DNA of 50,215 nucleotides from an uncultured Oligoflexus sp. (GTDB taxonomy: Bacteria; Bdellovibrionota_B; Oligoflexia; Oligoflexales; Oligoflexaceae): positions 1 to 50,215 of the forward strand of contig CAXSGP010000027.1 of assembly GCA_964236955.1 (NCBI GenBank), in the 5' to 3' direction. The notes under the pieces are model-generated. The model did no database searches. It was not told the origin of the DNA and saw nothing but the letters and a program-made list of their open reading frames with translations. The position numbers were made by a program, and so were the translations under genes. This document shows, one piece after another, positions 1 to 9,848 of the stretch (position 1 is its first letter; every line of letters starts with the position of its first letter).

Positions 1-48
1 TTTCCCAGACTCTTTGGTTTTAGTGGCTGTTTTCTTTTTAGTAGCCAT
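1..48 (-). CDS. 5' end of a gene running off the window (MATKKKTATKTKESGK...), probably primary sigma factor RpoD
   Basis: ATG at 48 on - strand with GGAGA upstream; Lys/Thr-rich N-terminus; lies downstream of dnaG (dnaG-rpoD synteny). Identity rests on context only. Confidence 0.5.
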   Translation of the reverse strand, partial: MATKKKTATKTKESGK

Positions 49-348
49 AAATTATCTCAATCTCCAAACGTTTGAGTGTGTTAAAACGGCGAAGCTCATG
101 CGCGCAAAGTTTGAAATCGTGTGGGCTGCACGTTAATCTTTAGTTATAGATATGGCTTGCCAAAATTGCAAGAAAGCAGTGCGTTGCAGAAGCATCCACG
201 TCGTGAATAGACCTGGTTTTCCTGCGGGGCGTGTCATAATGTGGGAGGCTGCTTCGTTAGCGTAGCCAAGATGCAGACTTATTCCTTACGAGTCTACTCT
301 TATCACAAGCCCAAAGCCCTTACTTTTATAGAAAATCAGCGACCAAGC

Positions 349-2181
349 TCAGGATATCGGCCGTTTCGCCGGGTTGTCTAGGTGGATAAGTTCCTTCTTA
401 ATGCGACTGATAGCTAGAAGAATTTCCATTTCCTCATCACCACTGCATTGCGCCAACTTCTTTTTGAGCTTCGCCGCGGTTTCGTCCAGCTGTCTTTTTC
501 GAATGACTCGCATGAGCTTTTCCAGCTGGCGTGGTCGGAATTCGGTTGCATAGGCACCTTGAGTTTTCTCTAGGCCTAGAATCAAATCCAAGACTTCGGG
601 GTTGGATCCTCCACTCCAGAAAGCTTTATTCTGTTGAGCTGGACTAAGGCCATTGCGCAAGGCCTTGATGATTTCCTGCGCGAATTCCAGCCAAACCTCT
701 TCAAGCTCGAGCTGCGTTTTAAACATAGGCTCGAGTTGATTGATGTCAAGCTCGTCAGGGACGGACCAGTAAAGATGGCCAAACAATTCAAGCTCAGCAC
801 CCTTGAGAGCAGTAACCACGCGCGGCAGCGGCAAGTCCTCAACGGCCGGCATCACTCTAGGTGGCGCTTTTTTTGCAGGCGGCTCGCCATTTAAAGCCGC
901 AATCATGCCGTCCGCCGCGATGCCGGTCAATTCGGAAATACGATTCATCAGAAAGTTGCGCTTCATCGTATCTTTTACTGAGTGCAGCCAAGGAATGATC
1001 TCCTTACTGACGAGTTCGGGTATGCCCAAATCGTGAGTCTCACGTATTCTCGTTTCAATCGCGAAATCAAGGAGCCCTTTCGCGGTCTGCAACTGGTCAC
1101 GAAAGGCATCGGCCCCGAATTTTGTGACAAAAGTGTCGGGATCATCTCCCGCCGGCAGGACGACCACCTTGCATTCGGCCTGAGGGACCTCGAGGGCAAT
1201 ATTGACTGTTCGTAAGGTTGCATTCCGGCCGGCCTTATCACCATCAAAAACAAGATAAATCTGCGGCGTCAAGGCCCCGAGGCGGCGCAAATGAGGCAGG
1301 GTGAGAGCTGTGCCGAGACAGGCTACCGATGTGGAAATTCCAGCCTGGGAAAGCTGCAGTACATCCATATAACCTTCGCAGACGATCGCCTGACGATCCC
1401 GGCGGATCGATTCCTTGGCGCGATGCAATCCATAAAGGACGTGGGACTTATCAAAGAGAGGCGTGTTCATACTATTTTTATATTTCGGCAGGTCATCGCC
1501 GAGAGAACGGCCACCAAAGGCTATGATACGACCATGCATATCAGCGATGGGTATCATCAAGCGATTGATGAAAAAATCATAGGCCCGCTGATCATGCTGC
1601 GAGGCAAGGGCTACCGAAGCCGCGATCAGATCTTTGACCGCGAAGCCTTTTTTGAGCAGATAATTGACGAGCGCCAAAGGCTCGGGACTGCTTAGGCCAA
1701 ATCCATATTCTTCGGCAAACTCAGCAGTAAAGCCCCGGCTCGCGACATAGTCACGGGCGGCTGAACTCTGCGGTTTGGCAAGCTGCTCCCGAAAATATAA
1801 AGCCGCCTCGGCCGAGATCTTATAGAGCTGAGCCTCGACCAGACGGGCGCTTTTGTCAAAATTGGGTTTTTCCAGTTCAGGAACTTCAAGCCCATACTTT
1901 TCGGCGAGATAGCGAAGGGTCTCCATAAAAGATAAACCCTGGGTCTCACGAATGTAGGTGATGGCATCGCCCGTGGCCCGGCAGCCAAAACAGAAGTAAT
2001 GATCGTCAAAGACAGTAAAGCTGGGCGAACGCTCTTCATGAAATGGGCATAAGCCTGTATGGCGGCCGCCGCGAACCTTAAGTTCGATTTTTTCGCCAAT
2101 CAGTTCAGGCAGCGAAACTCTTTGAAGGATGCGGTTTTTGGCTTCGTCTACAGACATGGCATTCCTCGTAAAGCGGGGCAT
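349..2181 (-). CDS. dnaG: DNA primase
   Basis: CHC2 zinc finger CPFHEERSPSF...CFGC, FGGR, PKYKNS, TOPRIM motifs EGYMDV and FDGDKAG, DPD. True start may be the downstream MSVDEAK. Confidence 0.98.
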   Translation of the reverse strand: MPRFTRNAMSVDEAKNRILQRVSLPELIGEKIELKVRGGRHTGLCPFHEERSPSFTVFDDHYFCFGCRATGDAITYIRETQGLSFMETLRYLAEKYGLEVPELEKPNFDKSARLVEAQLYKISAEAALYFREQLAKPQSSAARDYVASRGFTAEFAEEYGFGLSSPEPLALVNYLLKKGFAVKDLIAASVALASQHDQRAYDFFINRLMIPIADMHGRIIAFGGRSLGDDLPKYKNSMNTPLFDKSHVLYGLHRAKESIRRDRQAIVCEGYMDVLQLSQAGISTSVACLGTALTLPHLRRLGALTPQIYLVFDGDKAGRNATLRTVNIALEVPQAECKVVVLPAGDDPDTFVTKFGADAFRDQLQTAKGLLDFAIETRIRETHDLGIPELVSKEIIPWLHSVKDTMKRNFLMNRISELTGIAADGMIAALNGEPPAKKAPPRVMPAVEDLPLPRVVTALKGAELELFGHLYWSVPDELDINQLEPMFKTQLELEEVWLEFAQEIIKALRNGLSPAQQNKAFWSGGSNPEVLDLILGLEKTQGAYATEFRPRQLEKLMRVIRKRQLDETAAKLKKKLAQCSGDEEMEILLAISRIKKELIHLDNPAKRPIS

Positions 2182-2196
2182 GCCATAGCTTATGAC

Positions 2197-3387
2197 TTAT
2201 TCTGCGATGTTGCCAGGGGATTGGGTGAGAGCTTTTTTCTTTAGGAAGCGACTGGCAACACGGTCCCCGAAACGGCAGAGATTACCAGTATTTGCAAATA
2301 AAGAATAGGACGCCAAAGTGGATGCCTCCCTGGTCACGATAAGCGCTACGTAGGGGCTGAGCGAAGTCTTTTGGCAAAGGTTTTTGGGATCGCCTTCGTT
2401 GTCCAGCTCAAATTTATCATGGGTCGCTATGATAAATACGCCGGGTTTTAGCTCACTCAAAACATAGCCTTCACCCAGCTTGGATCGAAATTCCTCGGCT
2501 AACTGTTTAGATGGGATGGAAGCCTTCTCCTTGTAAAAGCCTACTCCAAAATAAGGAATGATGGATTTCGAATCTCGGTCGAGAAGATAATAGACCTTTA
2601 AGGCCTCATAAATGGCGCCAATTTTTCTATTGAAGAAGCAGTAAGAGCTGGGAAGATAGTTGAGGAAACTATCGGTTTTGGCGTCATAAGTGATTTCGCC
2701 AAACTCTTTGCTGATAAAGGACTGGGGCCGTTTGCTGGTGTTGGGATAATTGATCGCCCGAAAAAATGCCGGCCTGGCCATGTTTCGCAGGGGCGTATAA
2801 ATAAAGGGATCATTGCCAAATAAAGTGAACTCGGGCTGAGCGTCCTCAAACATAGTTCCGTAGAGGGGAGCACAGGAGAAGTTGCCGAAGTTTTCGCCCA
2901 TATATTGAGCTGATGGAATCTCGTCCTCTTCGCTTTCCTTCATTATGCTGATCTCGTTCATACCGACACCAGCAAAAAAGACTTTGTTGTCCTTTATCGC
3001 GACAGGAATGGAAAGCTTGGGATCGAAGGAATATTTTTTGTATTCATTGTGGCATTCTTTAAGAGCGGGCTTAAGAAGTTCGGGTTGATTTTTGTAGCCT
3101 TGGGTCATCTGGCGCTTACAATCGACCAGAATGGAGGCTGCCGGATAGCGATCGCGGCATCCAGCTATTGCGACGTGTTGCTTTTTTTCGAGTTTGGGAG
3201 TTTTTGCATCCCTATATTTCTTAATGACCGCAGCAAGGCAGTCCTGGTAATCTTCGCGCTCTTGACCGACTTTCTGAGGGAGCTGGACCTTCAGTTGGTT
3301 TTTTTCGGCCATAGCAATTTGCTGCGGTCCCATGCAAAGGGTCAACACAGGAAAGACAATTTTTATGAATTTTATTTTATGTTTCAT
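2197..3387 (-). CDS. hypothetical secreted Cys-containing protein
   Basis: 396-aa ORF, basic/hydrophobic N-terminus resembling a signal peptide, several Cys, ends 15 bp before dnaG. Confidence 0.75.
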   Translation of the reverse strand: MKHKIKFIKIVFPVLTLCMGPQQIAMAEKNQLKVQLPQKVGQEREDYQDCLAAVIKKYRDAKTPKLEKKQHVAIAGCRDRYPAASILVDCKRQMTQGYKNQPELLKPALKECHNEYKKYSFDPKLSIPVAIKDNKVFFAGVGMNEISIMKESEEDEIPSAQYMGENFGNFSCAPLYGTMFEDAQPEFTLFGNDPFIYTPLRNMARPAFFRAINYPNTSKRPQSFISKEFGEITYDAKTDSFLNYLPSSYCFFNRKIGAIYEALKVYYLLDRDSKSIIPYFGVGFYKEKASIPSKQLAEEFRSKLGEGYVLSELKPGVFIIATHDKFELDNEGDPKNLCQKTSLSPYVALIVTREASTLASYSLFANTGNLCRFGDRVASRFLKKKALTQSPGNIAE

Positions 3388-3470
3388 AATTCAATAGGTT
3401 AAAGAAAAGACCGGAGAATGGAAAGAGCCTTTTTTGCCTAGTCGAAATTATTTTATTTGGAGCGTCCTTT

Positions 3471-3965
3471 ATGGCATCTTTCGATATCGCGAGTGAAGTC
3501 GATCTTCAGGAAGTCGACAACGCCGTGAACCAGACCGCAAAAGAAGTGGAAAGCCGTTTTGATTTCCGGGGTGGAAAATCCTCGATTGAACTCGATAAAG
3601 CCGAGAAACTGATCAAAATCGTCGCAGACGACGAACTCAAGCTGCGTTCCATCCATCAACTCCTCGAGCAAAAGTTTGTAAAGCGTGGCATCGATCTGCG
3701 CTGGCTTGATTATGGCAAGGAAGACACAGCGGGTGGCAACCTCATCAAGCAAAAAGTGACCTTGAAAAATGGCGTCGGCAAAGAAGAAGCCAAAAAGATC
3801 AGCAAAGCCATCAAGGACTCGGGATTGAAGGTTCAGGCGGCGATTCAAGACGACCAGGTGCGTGTCACCGCTAAGAAGATCGACGACCTTCAGGCAGTTA
3901 TTCAACTTCTAAGAGGAACGTCCGACATCGGCATTCCCCTGCAATTTCTTAATATGCGGAGCTAA
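3471..3965 (+). CDS. yajQ: YajQ family nucleotide/c-di-GMP-binding protein
   Basis: SFDIASEVDLQEVDNAVNQ, RFDFRG, KVQAAIQDDQVRVT, DDLQAVI, LQFLNMR; GGAG RBS. Confidence 0.96.
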   Translation: MASFDIASEVDLQEVDNAVNQTAKEVESRFDFRGGKSSIELDKAEKLIKIVADDELKLRSIHQLLEQKFVKRGIDLRWLDYGKEDTAGGNLIKQKVTLKNGVGKEEAKKISKAIKDSGLKVQAAIQDDQVRVTAKKIDDLQAVIQLLRGTSDIGIPLQFLNMRS

Positions 3966-3968
3966 CCC

Positions 3969-5087
3969 ATGGGTTTTAAGTGCGGTATTGTCGGTCTTCC
4001 CAACGTCGGCAAATCGACGATTTTCAACGCTTTGACGTCAGCAGGGGCGGCCTCGGCGAACTATCCCTTCTGTACGATTGACCCTAACGTTGGCCGGGTT
4101 GATGTTCCCGATCCGCGTCTGCAGACGCTCGACAAGTATGTGAAGGCGCAACGTATCGTCCCCGCGTTTATGGAATTCGTGGACATCGCGGGACTGGTTA
4201 AAGGCGCTTCTTCGGGCGAAGGTCTGGGTAACCAGTTCCTCGGTCACATCAAAAGCACCGATGCTATCGCCCACGTGGTTCGTTGTTTCGACGGCGGAGA
4301 GATCACGCACGTTGAAGGTAGCATCGATCCCTTGCGTGATATCGAGATTATCAATACCGAGCTGGTCCTTGCGGATATGAGCACCGTGGATAACGCGTAT
4401 CAGCGATATGCAAAACAGGCGAAAACGGGCAAGAAAGAGCTCGCCCTGATCGCTGCCATGCTCGATGCCCTGAATAGGCAATTAAACGAACTGAAACCTG
4501 CTCGGATCTTTCCTCTGAAAGATTTCGTCGGCGATGAACCCCTCGTTCAAAAGGCTTATGACGAACTGCATTTGATCACCGCGAAATCGGTTCTCTACGT
4601 GTGTAACGTCGATGAGACGATGGCGGACGGCACGACCGATAACGAGTGGACCCTCAAGGTAAAAGCCTTCGCGAAGGCGGAAGGAGCTCAGTCGGTTGTG
4701 ATCAGCGGCAAGATCGAAGAGGAATTGAGCCAGCTCGATCCGGCCGATCGGCTTGAGATGATCAAGGACATGGGCATGCAGGAGCCTGGCCTTGACCGTA
4801 TGATCCGCAAAGGATACGAGCTGCTCGGCTTGATGACTTATTTCACCGCGGGCGAGAAGGAAATACGCGCCTGGACGATTCACAAAGGTGACAAAGCTCC
4901 GGCTGCCGCTGGGGTCATTCATTCTGACTTTGAGCGCGGCTTTATCTGCGCTGAAGTTTTCACCATCCCGGATCTTATCAAAGTCGGCGCGCGTGTGAAG
5001 TTGAAAGAGCAGGGCATGATTCGTCAGGAAGGTCGCGAGTATCTCGTGAAGGACGGCGATGTCATGGAATTCCGTTTCAACGTATGA
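3969..5087 (+). CDS. ychF: redox-regulated ATPase YchF (Obg family)
   Basis: [39 protein letters not shown] domain ending [11 protein letters not shown]. Confidence 0.98.
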   Translation: MGFKCGIVGLPNVGKSTIFNALTSAGAASANYPFCTIDPNVGRVDVPDPRLQTLDKYVKAQRIVPAFMEFVDIAGLVKGASSGEGLGNQFLGHIKSTDAIAHVVRCFDGGEITHVEGSIDPLRDIEIINTELVLADMSTVDNAYQRYAKQAKTGKKELALIAAMLDALNRQLNELKPARIFPLKDFVGDEPLVQKAYDELHLITAKSVLYVCNVDETMADGTTDNEWTLKVKAFAKAEGAQSVVISGKIEEELSQLDPADRLEMIKDMGMQEPGLDRMIRKGYELLGLMTYFTAGEKEIRAWTIHKGDKAPAAAGVIHSDFERGFICAEVFTIPDLIKVGARVKLKEQGMIRQEGREYLVKDGDVMEFRFNV

Positions 5088-5911
5088 AATACCTTTTCCA
5101 GCGTGGATCGGGTCCGCTGTCAGCTCCCGCTGATGGCACCCTTTTTCGCTTTGGAAAAGCCCCTGCTTTCTCGCTTGGGCCCTGCTACTCCTGCGACTGG
5201 TCAGGGGCCGAACCTACCGTGATCCTGACCCATGGGTCCGCACAGCATTCCATCGCCCTCAGGCAACATCTTGCGTTCACTTACTCGTTTTCTCATGATG
5301 CCTGTGGTCTCATCTATTTAGACAAGTGCCTGTGGTTTGAAGCCAGGCCAAAAACCTTTGGGTCGGACGGCATCCTCCTGAGCTTTCAGGGGTGGGATCA
5401 GGGGCTCTGGCATGATGGTGTTTATTGCCGGTGGCGTAAGGGGCAAATCAATGATTTGATTTTGCCCGGAGTTTCCTTTCGAGGGGAATGGGGACTTAGC
5501 TCTGAACCACTTGCCAATGTCTTTGACTGGTTTGCCGATGAAAAATATTTTGCTCAGAAACAAAGTCTGATTCTTGCTGTGCAGATGGGTTGGGGCGAGC
5601 GCATGGCCAGCGGGACGACACTCGAACTTATCGGGGAAAACAGGCAGGAGCTGCTCAGCCTGCTGCTTTTTCGCCTCGCGTTTTTGCAGAACCAATTTTT
5701 TCTACTGCCCAAATCCAGCAGCTGGAAAAGACTGGCCCAAAACCTCAATATTACGCCCCTGAACGCTGATGATTCGCGACGGCCTAAGCTGTCGATGGCG
5801 ATAGAATGGGGTCCTTCAAAGGTGGTTCATGATCTGCTGCAGTGGCAGCTGCGCTTAAGTCCTTTCATTCCGAAGAACCTCTGGTCGGAACTCGAGGAAA
5901 AAAGCGTGTGA
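5084..5911 (+). CDS. hypothetical protein
   Basis: 275-aa Trp-rich ORF coupled to ychF by an ATGA overlap; no family recognised. Confidence 0.6.
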   Translation: MKYLFQRGSGPLSAPADGTLFRFGKAPAFSLGPCYSCDWSGAEPTVILTHGSAQHSIALRQHLAFTYSFSHDACGLIYLDKCLWFEARPKTFGSDGILLSFQGWDQGLWHDGVYCRWRKGQINDLILPGVSFRGEWGLSSEPLANVFDWFADEKYFAQKQSLILAVQMGWGERMASGTTLELIGENRQELLSLLLFRLAFLQNQFFLLPKSSSWKRLAQNLNITPLNADDSRRPKLSMAIEWGPSKVVHDLLQWQLRLSPFIPKNLWSELEEKSV

Positions 5912-5922
5912 ATAGCAAAAGC

Positions 5923-6726
5923 CTAGGATTTTTTAAGGAATTCCTCCAATCGTTCCCGATGAAAATTATTCATCCAAAGGGTTTCAAAGAGATCGAGTTC
6001 CTTCTGGAGGCGGCTGGGATCGATGCTTTGGCCGTGAAGCATCAGCTTTTGTGCCCGGACTCCGGCGTGGGGAAGGCGTTTGATCTGGGCAACAAAAGTG
6101 GCTAGTTCGGTCTCCAAGCCGTCGGAATCAGACACGACTTCATGCACCAGGCCGGATTGCAGGGCCTCTTCGGCTGATAGGTGCTTCGAGCGTAGGAGAT
6201 AATTCATGGCCTTGGAAACACCGACCAACTGGATAAGCCTTTGTGAGCTTCCGTATGCTGTTGCCAGGCCTAATTCGAGTTGTTTCCAATAAAATCCGGA
6301 TCGACGGGTCATAAATCGAAAATCGGCAGCCAGGGCAAATTCTATCCCCCCACCGATCACGAGGCCATCAATCAAGGCGACGACGGGGATAGGCAATTCA
6401 TAGAGGATCTGGCAAACCCCGGCCATGGTTTCTGCGTATTTACGGCCTTCGGCAGGGGAACGAAGGAGAGCGAGTTCCTTGAGGTCGCCGCCGGCAATCC
6501 AGATGGGGTCCTTGTCGCCCTTGATACCGGTGGCTTTGATAACCAGAACACGAATCTCAGCAGGATCTTCGTCAGGCAAACTTTGCCGGGCCTCCAGATT
6601 TTTTTGCAGCTGCTTGGTTTTTTCCCACAATTCTTGAGCTAAAATAGTTCCAAGGGCATTGCGACGTTCGGGCCGGTTTATTTGCCAGGTGAGAACAGAA
6701 TCTTTTGTTTTCGTCTGAATAGGCAT
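5923..6726 (-). CDS. enoyl-CoA hydratase/isomerase (crotonase) family protein
   Basis: INRPERRNAL, IAGGDL, GGGIEFALAADFR, RLIQLVG, AEEALQSGLV. Confidence 0.92.
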   Translation of the reverse strand: MPIQTKTKDSVLTWQINRPERRNALGTILAQELWEKTKQLQKNLEARQSLPDEDPAEIRVLVIKATGIKGDKDPIWIAGGDLKELALLRSPAEGRKYAETMAGVCQILYELPIPVVALIDGLVIGGGIEFALAADFRFMTRRSGFYWKQLELGLATAYGSSQRLIQLVGVSKAMNYLLRSKHLSAEEALQSGLVHEVVSDSDGLETELATFVAQIKRLPHAGVRAQKLMLHGQSIDPSRLQKELDLFETLWMNNFHRERLEEFLKKS

Positions 6727-6964
6727 ATTTTCCTTCCCGATTTTAGGCCCGCAATGCTAGATACATTATGGTAAAAGTCTTGCGATTATTCGTTCTTGCA
6801 ATAACATATAACAATCAAAGAGAATGCGCTACGATGCCGCTGGAGTGAACAGGGGGCGATAGAACAAGAAAACTAAAAGCAAAGTGTAGCAGGTCATTCC
6901 TTGCTTTTTTGCTGCTCTCCCAACTCTGTTCCTCATAACGACGGCCTAGTTTGCAATCTCTCGA

Positions 6965-7582
6965 TTGGAAAGAAAGACCTTGAATAATTTCTCCGGGCAC
7001 CCAGCTCTTGATCGCCATAAATTCCCCAATCTCGTCATCGTGGGCGCAACTGCGAGTGGTAAAACCACTGTTGCCTATCAATTGTCAAAAGTTCTTGGCT
7101 TCGGTTTTATCGATATCGATCAGAGAATCGCCGAAAAAGCCGGTCGCAGCATACCCGAAATTTTCGCTCAGGATGGCCCCAACCGCTTTCGGGAAATTGA
7201 AAGCGAAATCCTCTCCTCGCTCCACGGCATCCTCAACCATGTAATCGTTGCGGGCGCAGGGGCGATTGAAAGCGACGATAACTGGGCCCATCTCAGCAAG
7301 CTTGGACCATCGATTTGGCTGGCAACACCGGTCTCAGAAATCGTCCATCGATTGATTAAGTTCCCTGAAGAACTTGCAAAAAGACCTTTCTTGGCTGAGG
7401 CGCTCAGTATCGTCAGTATCCGGGAGCGTGAGGACTTCTTGGTGCAAAGACTCAAGGAGCTTGAAGAGCGGCGAATCAGCAAATATCGACTTGCCGACTA
7501 TCGTGTCACGGTCGGATTTGCGACTGCGGATACCTGCGCGCAGTTTATTAAACAGCTCCTCATCGAGACCGAACCAAGGTGA
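6965..7582 (+). CDS. aroK: shikimate kinase
   Basis: Walker A GATASGKTT, FIDID, SIPEIFAQDG..FREIE, RP motif; start codon uncertain (TTG). Confidence 0.88.
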   Translation: MERKTLNNFSGHPALDRHKFPNLVIVGATASGKTTVAYQLSKVLGFGFIDIDQRIAEKAGRSIPEIFAQDGPNRFREIESEILSSLHGILNHVIVAGAGAIESDDNWAHLSKLGPSIWLATPVSEIVHRLIKFPEELAKRPFLAEALSIVSIREREDFLVQRLKELEERRISKYRLADYRVTVGFATADTCAQFIKQLLIETEPR

Positions 7583-7794
7583 AGGCTGTGACAATTTCTC
7601 CTGATTTGTGAATCCTTCAAGTCACCCGGCAAGTATTTCCTCATGTATAAAGGAGTAAACTGCCGAAAGATAGTATAGGAAAGCGCATAAGTTCGAGGCT
7701 ATTAGCTATGCCGAAGAACAGAGCGAGTGGGATCTGATCGAAGGCTGGGCTAAGTGAGTAATTCTACGACGTAGCGCGGAGATTCTGTCTGAAT

Positions 7795-8805
7795 ATGCAA
7801 CGAGTCATGATATCCATCGACAAAAAGAAGCTCCTGGGCACCGTCCGGTTCCTGAGGCAGTTCTCTCCAACCTGGGTACTCGGGATGATGGTCCTCGCCT
7901 TTCTTTCGGCGAGCGGTCTGTCCCTGCTCTGTTCTCAGATGTTTCTTAAAAGCGATCATAGAACCAAGATCAGTCAGGCACGCGGCAGCGGCGAAAGTCT
8001 CAAAATCGAAAGGCGACCAGCGGACAAATCGGTTCGGACCGCCATTCTAGAGCGCAACATCTTCAATAGCGATGGTAAGGTCGGCGACAGCATTGAAGGT
8101 GGACCGGCACGGCCGAAAGCTACGGATAAGGTCTTACGTTCCGATCTGCCGCTGGTCCTGGTCGGGGTGATCTTTTCAGGCGATCCCTACAATGGTATCG
8201 CCATGATAGAGGTCGGTCAGAATAAAAAAGTCACAAGCTACATGATAGGCGATAAGATTCAGGACGATGCCGTTCTTTATCAGGTTTGGGATGATCGCAT
8301 CATTCTGGAGCGAGGCGGCGGTCACGAGTATCTCGAACTTCAGAAGTTTGAAATCGTCTCGTCACGAAGCAAAAAACCCAAGGCGGTCCGTTCCGATTCC
8401 AATGGACCCTTGCCGCTGGATAAACTTTCGACCAAACCAGCCGTCAATGGCTTTAAGGAGGAAGGATTTGAACAAAAAGGCAATAGCATCAAACTTACCG
8501 AGGAATATAAGCGTAATTTGCTCTCGCCGGAAAACTTGACCAAGGTTCTGCAGGATGCGAAAGCCGAACCAAACGTGGTCGGTGGGCAGCTGCAGGGGTT
8601 CCGCTTGACTCGAATTCGTGAAAACTCAGTCTATGAGAAGGCCGGATTTCAAAACGGCGATATCATCGAGGAAATCAATGGAATCCCGCTCCGTGACGCG
8701 GGTGGCGCGATCCGCCTGCTCAACCAGTTGCGAAACGAGAAAGAGATCGAAGTGCGTTTGAACAGAAGCGGTCAGGTATCAACCCTGGGTATCCAGGTGC
8801 AATAG
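7795..8805 (+). CDS. gspC: type II secretion protein GspC, copy 1 (TM-HR-PDZ)
   Basis: N-terminal TM, RNIFNS, HR domain LVLVGVIF...AMIE, PDZ GFRLTRIR..AGFQNGDIIEEING; first gene of the gsp cluster. Confidence 0.88.
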   Translation: MQRVMISIDKKKLLGTVRFLRQFSPTWVLGMMVLAFLSASGLSLLCSQMFLKSDHRTKISQARGSGESLKIERRPADKSVRTAILERNIFNSDGKVGDSIEGGPARPKATDKVLRSDLPLVLVGVIFSGDPYNGIAMIEVGQNKKVTSYMIGDKIQDDAVLYQVWDDRIILERGGGHEYLELQKFEIVSSRSKKPKAVRSDSNGPLPLDKLSTKPAVNGFKEEGFEQKGNSIKLTEEYKRNLLSPENLTKVLQDAKAEPNVVGGQLQGFRLTRIRENSVYEKAGFQNGDIIEEINGIPLRDAGGAIRLLNQLRNEKEIEVRLNRSGQVSTLGIQVQ

Positions 8806-8815
8806 GGACGGATAA

Positions 8816-9829
8816 ATGCAGATCCTGCCTCTGAAAAGAAAATTTGAGGGTTTAAACCTGGGCATCAAGATCAAGGGCAAAAATCTTGCCTTGTTACTCG
8901 ATGTGCTTGGCGGCAGTACTATGGTGCTGCTGCTCTCATATTTTGTGGCCTCGATAGCAACCTCGGTCATGCTCCTGTTCTTTGCCAACGTTGGTGGCAA
9001 GCACCACGCCGTCAACCCTCAGGAGATCGATCACCCCCGTATCGAGAAGCTTACCAACTACCGGGATTTAAGAAAGGCCGTGCTGGCTAGAAACATATTC
9101 AACTCGGAAGGCAAAGTTCCTGACGAACCCGATCCGTCGGAGGGAGTTGGTAATGCCTTCAATCCCAGCGACAAGTGCCAAAAACCAACAGTTAATGTTG
9201 AACTTTTGGGGATTATCTCTACAGGAAATGCTGAGACGTCTTTGGCTACGATTCAGGAAAAAGGTTATACTGTAGCAGATGTCTATCGTGCTGGGGAAAA
9301 GATAATTAATCAGGAACAGGCGCTTATCTATTCGATCGAGGAGGATAAGGTTGTTCTTAATAATAACGGTGTGAAGGAATGCCTCGAGCTCAACACCGTC
9401 AAAGTTTTGGCAACGGCCATCATCAGCAGCGGTACGGCTAACGCCGCGACGCCTCCTCCCAGTTCTTCGGGAGATGGAGATGGTCCAGCCGAACAATGCC
9501 CCTCAGGCTCCGCAATTTTGGAATCCAGCTACGTCGAAGAATCGTTGGGTCCTGGATTTAGCAAGATATTAGAGGCCGGTCGCTTAGTACCGTTTCATCG
9601 AGACAATGCGATGGTGGGGTTCAAGTTAATCGGCGTTCGGGGTGGCAGCCTCTGGTCGAAAGCAAATTTGGGTAGCGGTGATGTCATTACCGCAGTAAAT
9701 GGGGTAAGCATGGCCCAGCCTGAAAAAGGTTTCGCCTTATACGAGGCTCTGCAGTCCGAAAAAGGTATCCGCGTCGAATTTCTTAAGGCAGGCAAGACAC
9801 CCTGCATTCTAAACGTCGAAATTAAGTAG
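8816..9829 (+). CDS. gspC: type II secretion protein GspC, copy 2 (TM-HR-PDZ)
   Basis: Same architecture: RNIFNSEG, VELLGII...ATIQE, PDZ GFKLIGVR..GDVITAVNG. Confidence 0.85.
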   Translation: MQILPLKRKFEGLNLGIKIKGKNLALLLDVLGGSTMVLLLSYFVASIATSVMLLFFANVGGKHHAVNPQEIDHPRIEKLTNYRDLRKAVLARNIFNSEGKVPDEPDPSEGVGNAFNPSDKCQKPTVNVELLGIISTGNAETSLATIQEKGYTVADVYRAGEKIINQEQALIYSIEEDKVVLNNNGVKECLELNTVKVLATAIISSGTANAATPPPSSSGDGDGPAEQCPSGSAILESSYVEESLGPGFSKILEAGRLVPFHRDNAMVGFKLIGVRGGSLWSKANLGSGDVITAVNGVSMAQPEKGFALYEALQSEKGIRVEFLKAGKTPCILNVEIK

Positions 9830-9848
9830 CAGGGAGGCTAGTTTTCCG

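Noticed and set aside
6824..6910. Short ORF MRYDAAGVNRGR and a weak hairpin upstream of aroK as an attenuator
   Set aside because: Only one aromatic codon, no clear RBS and a weak stem
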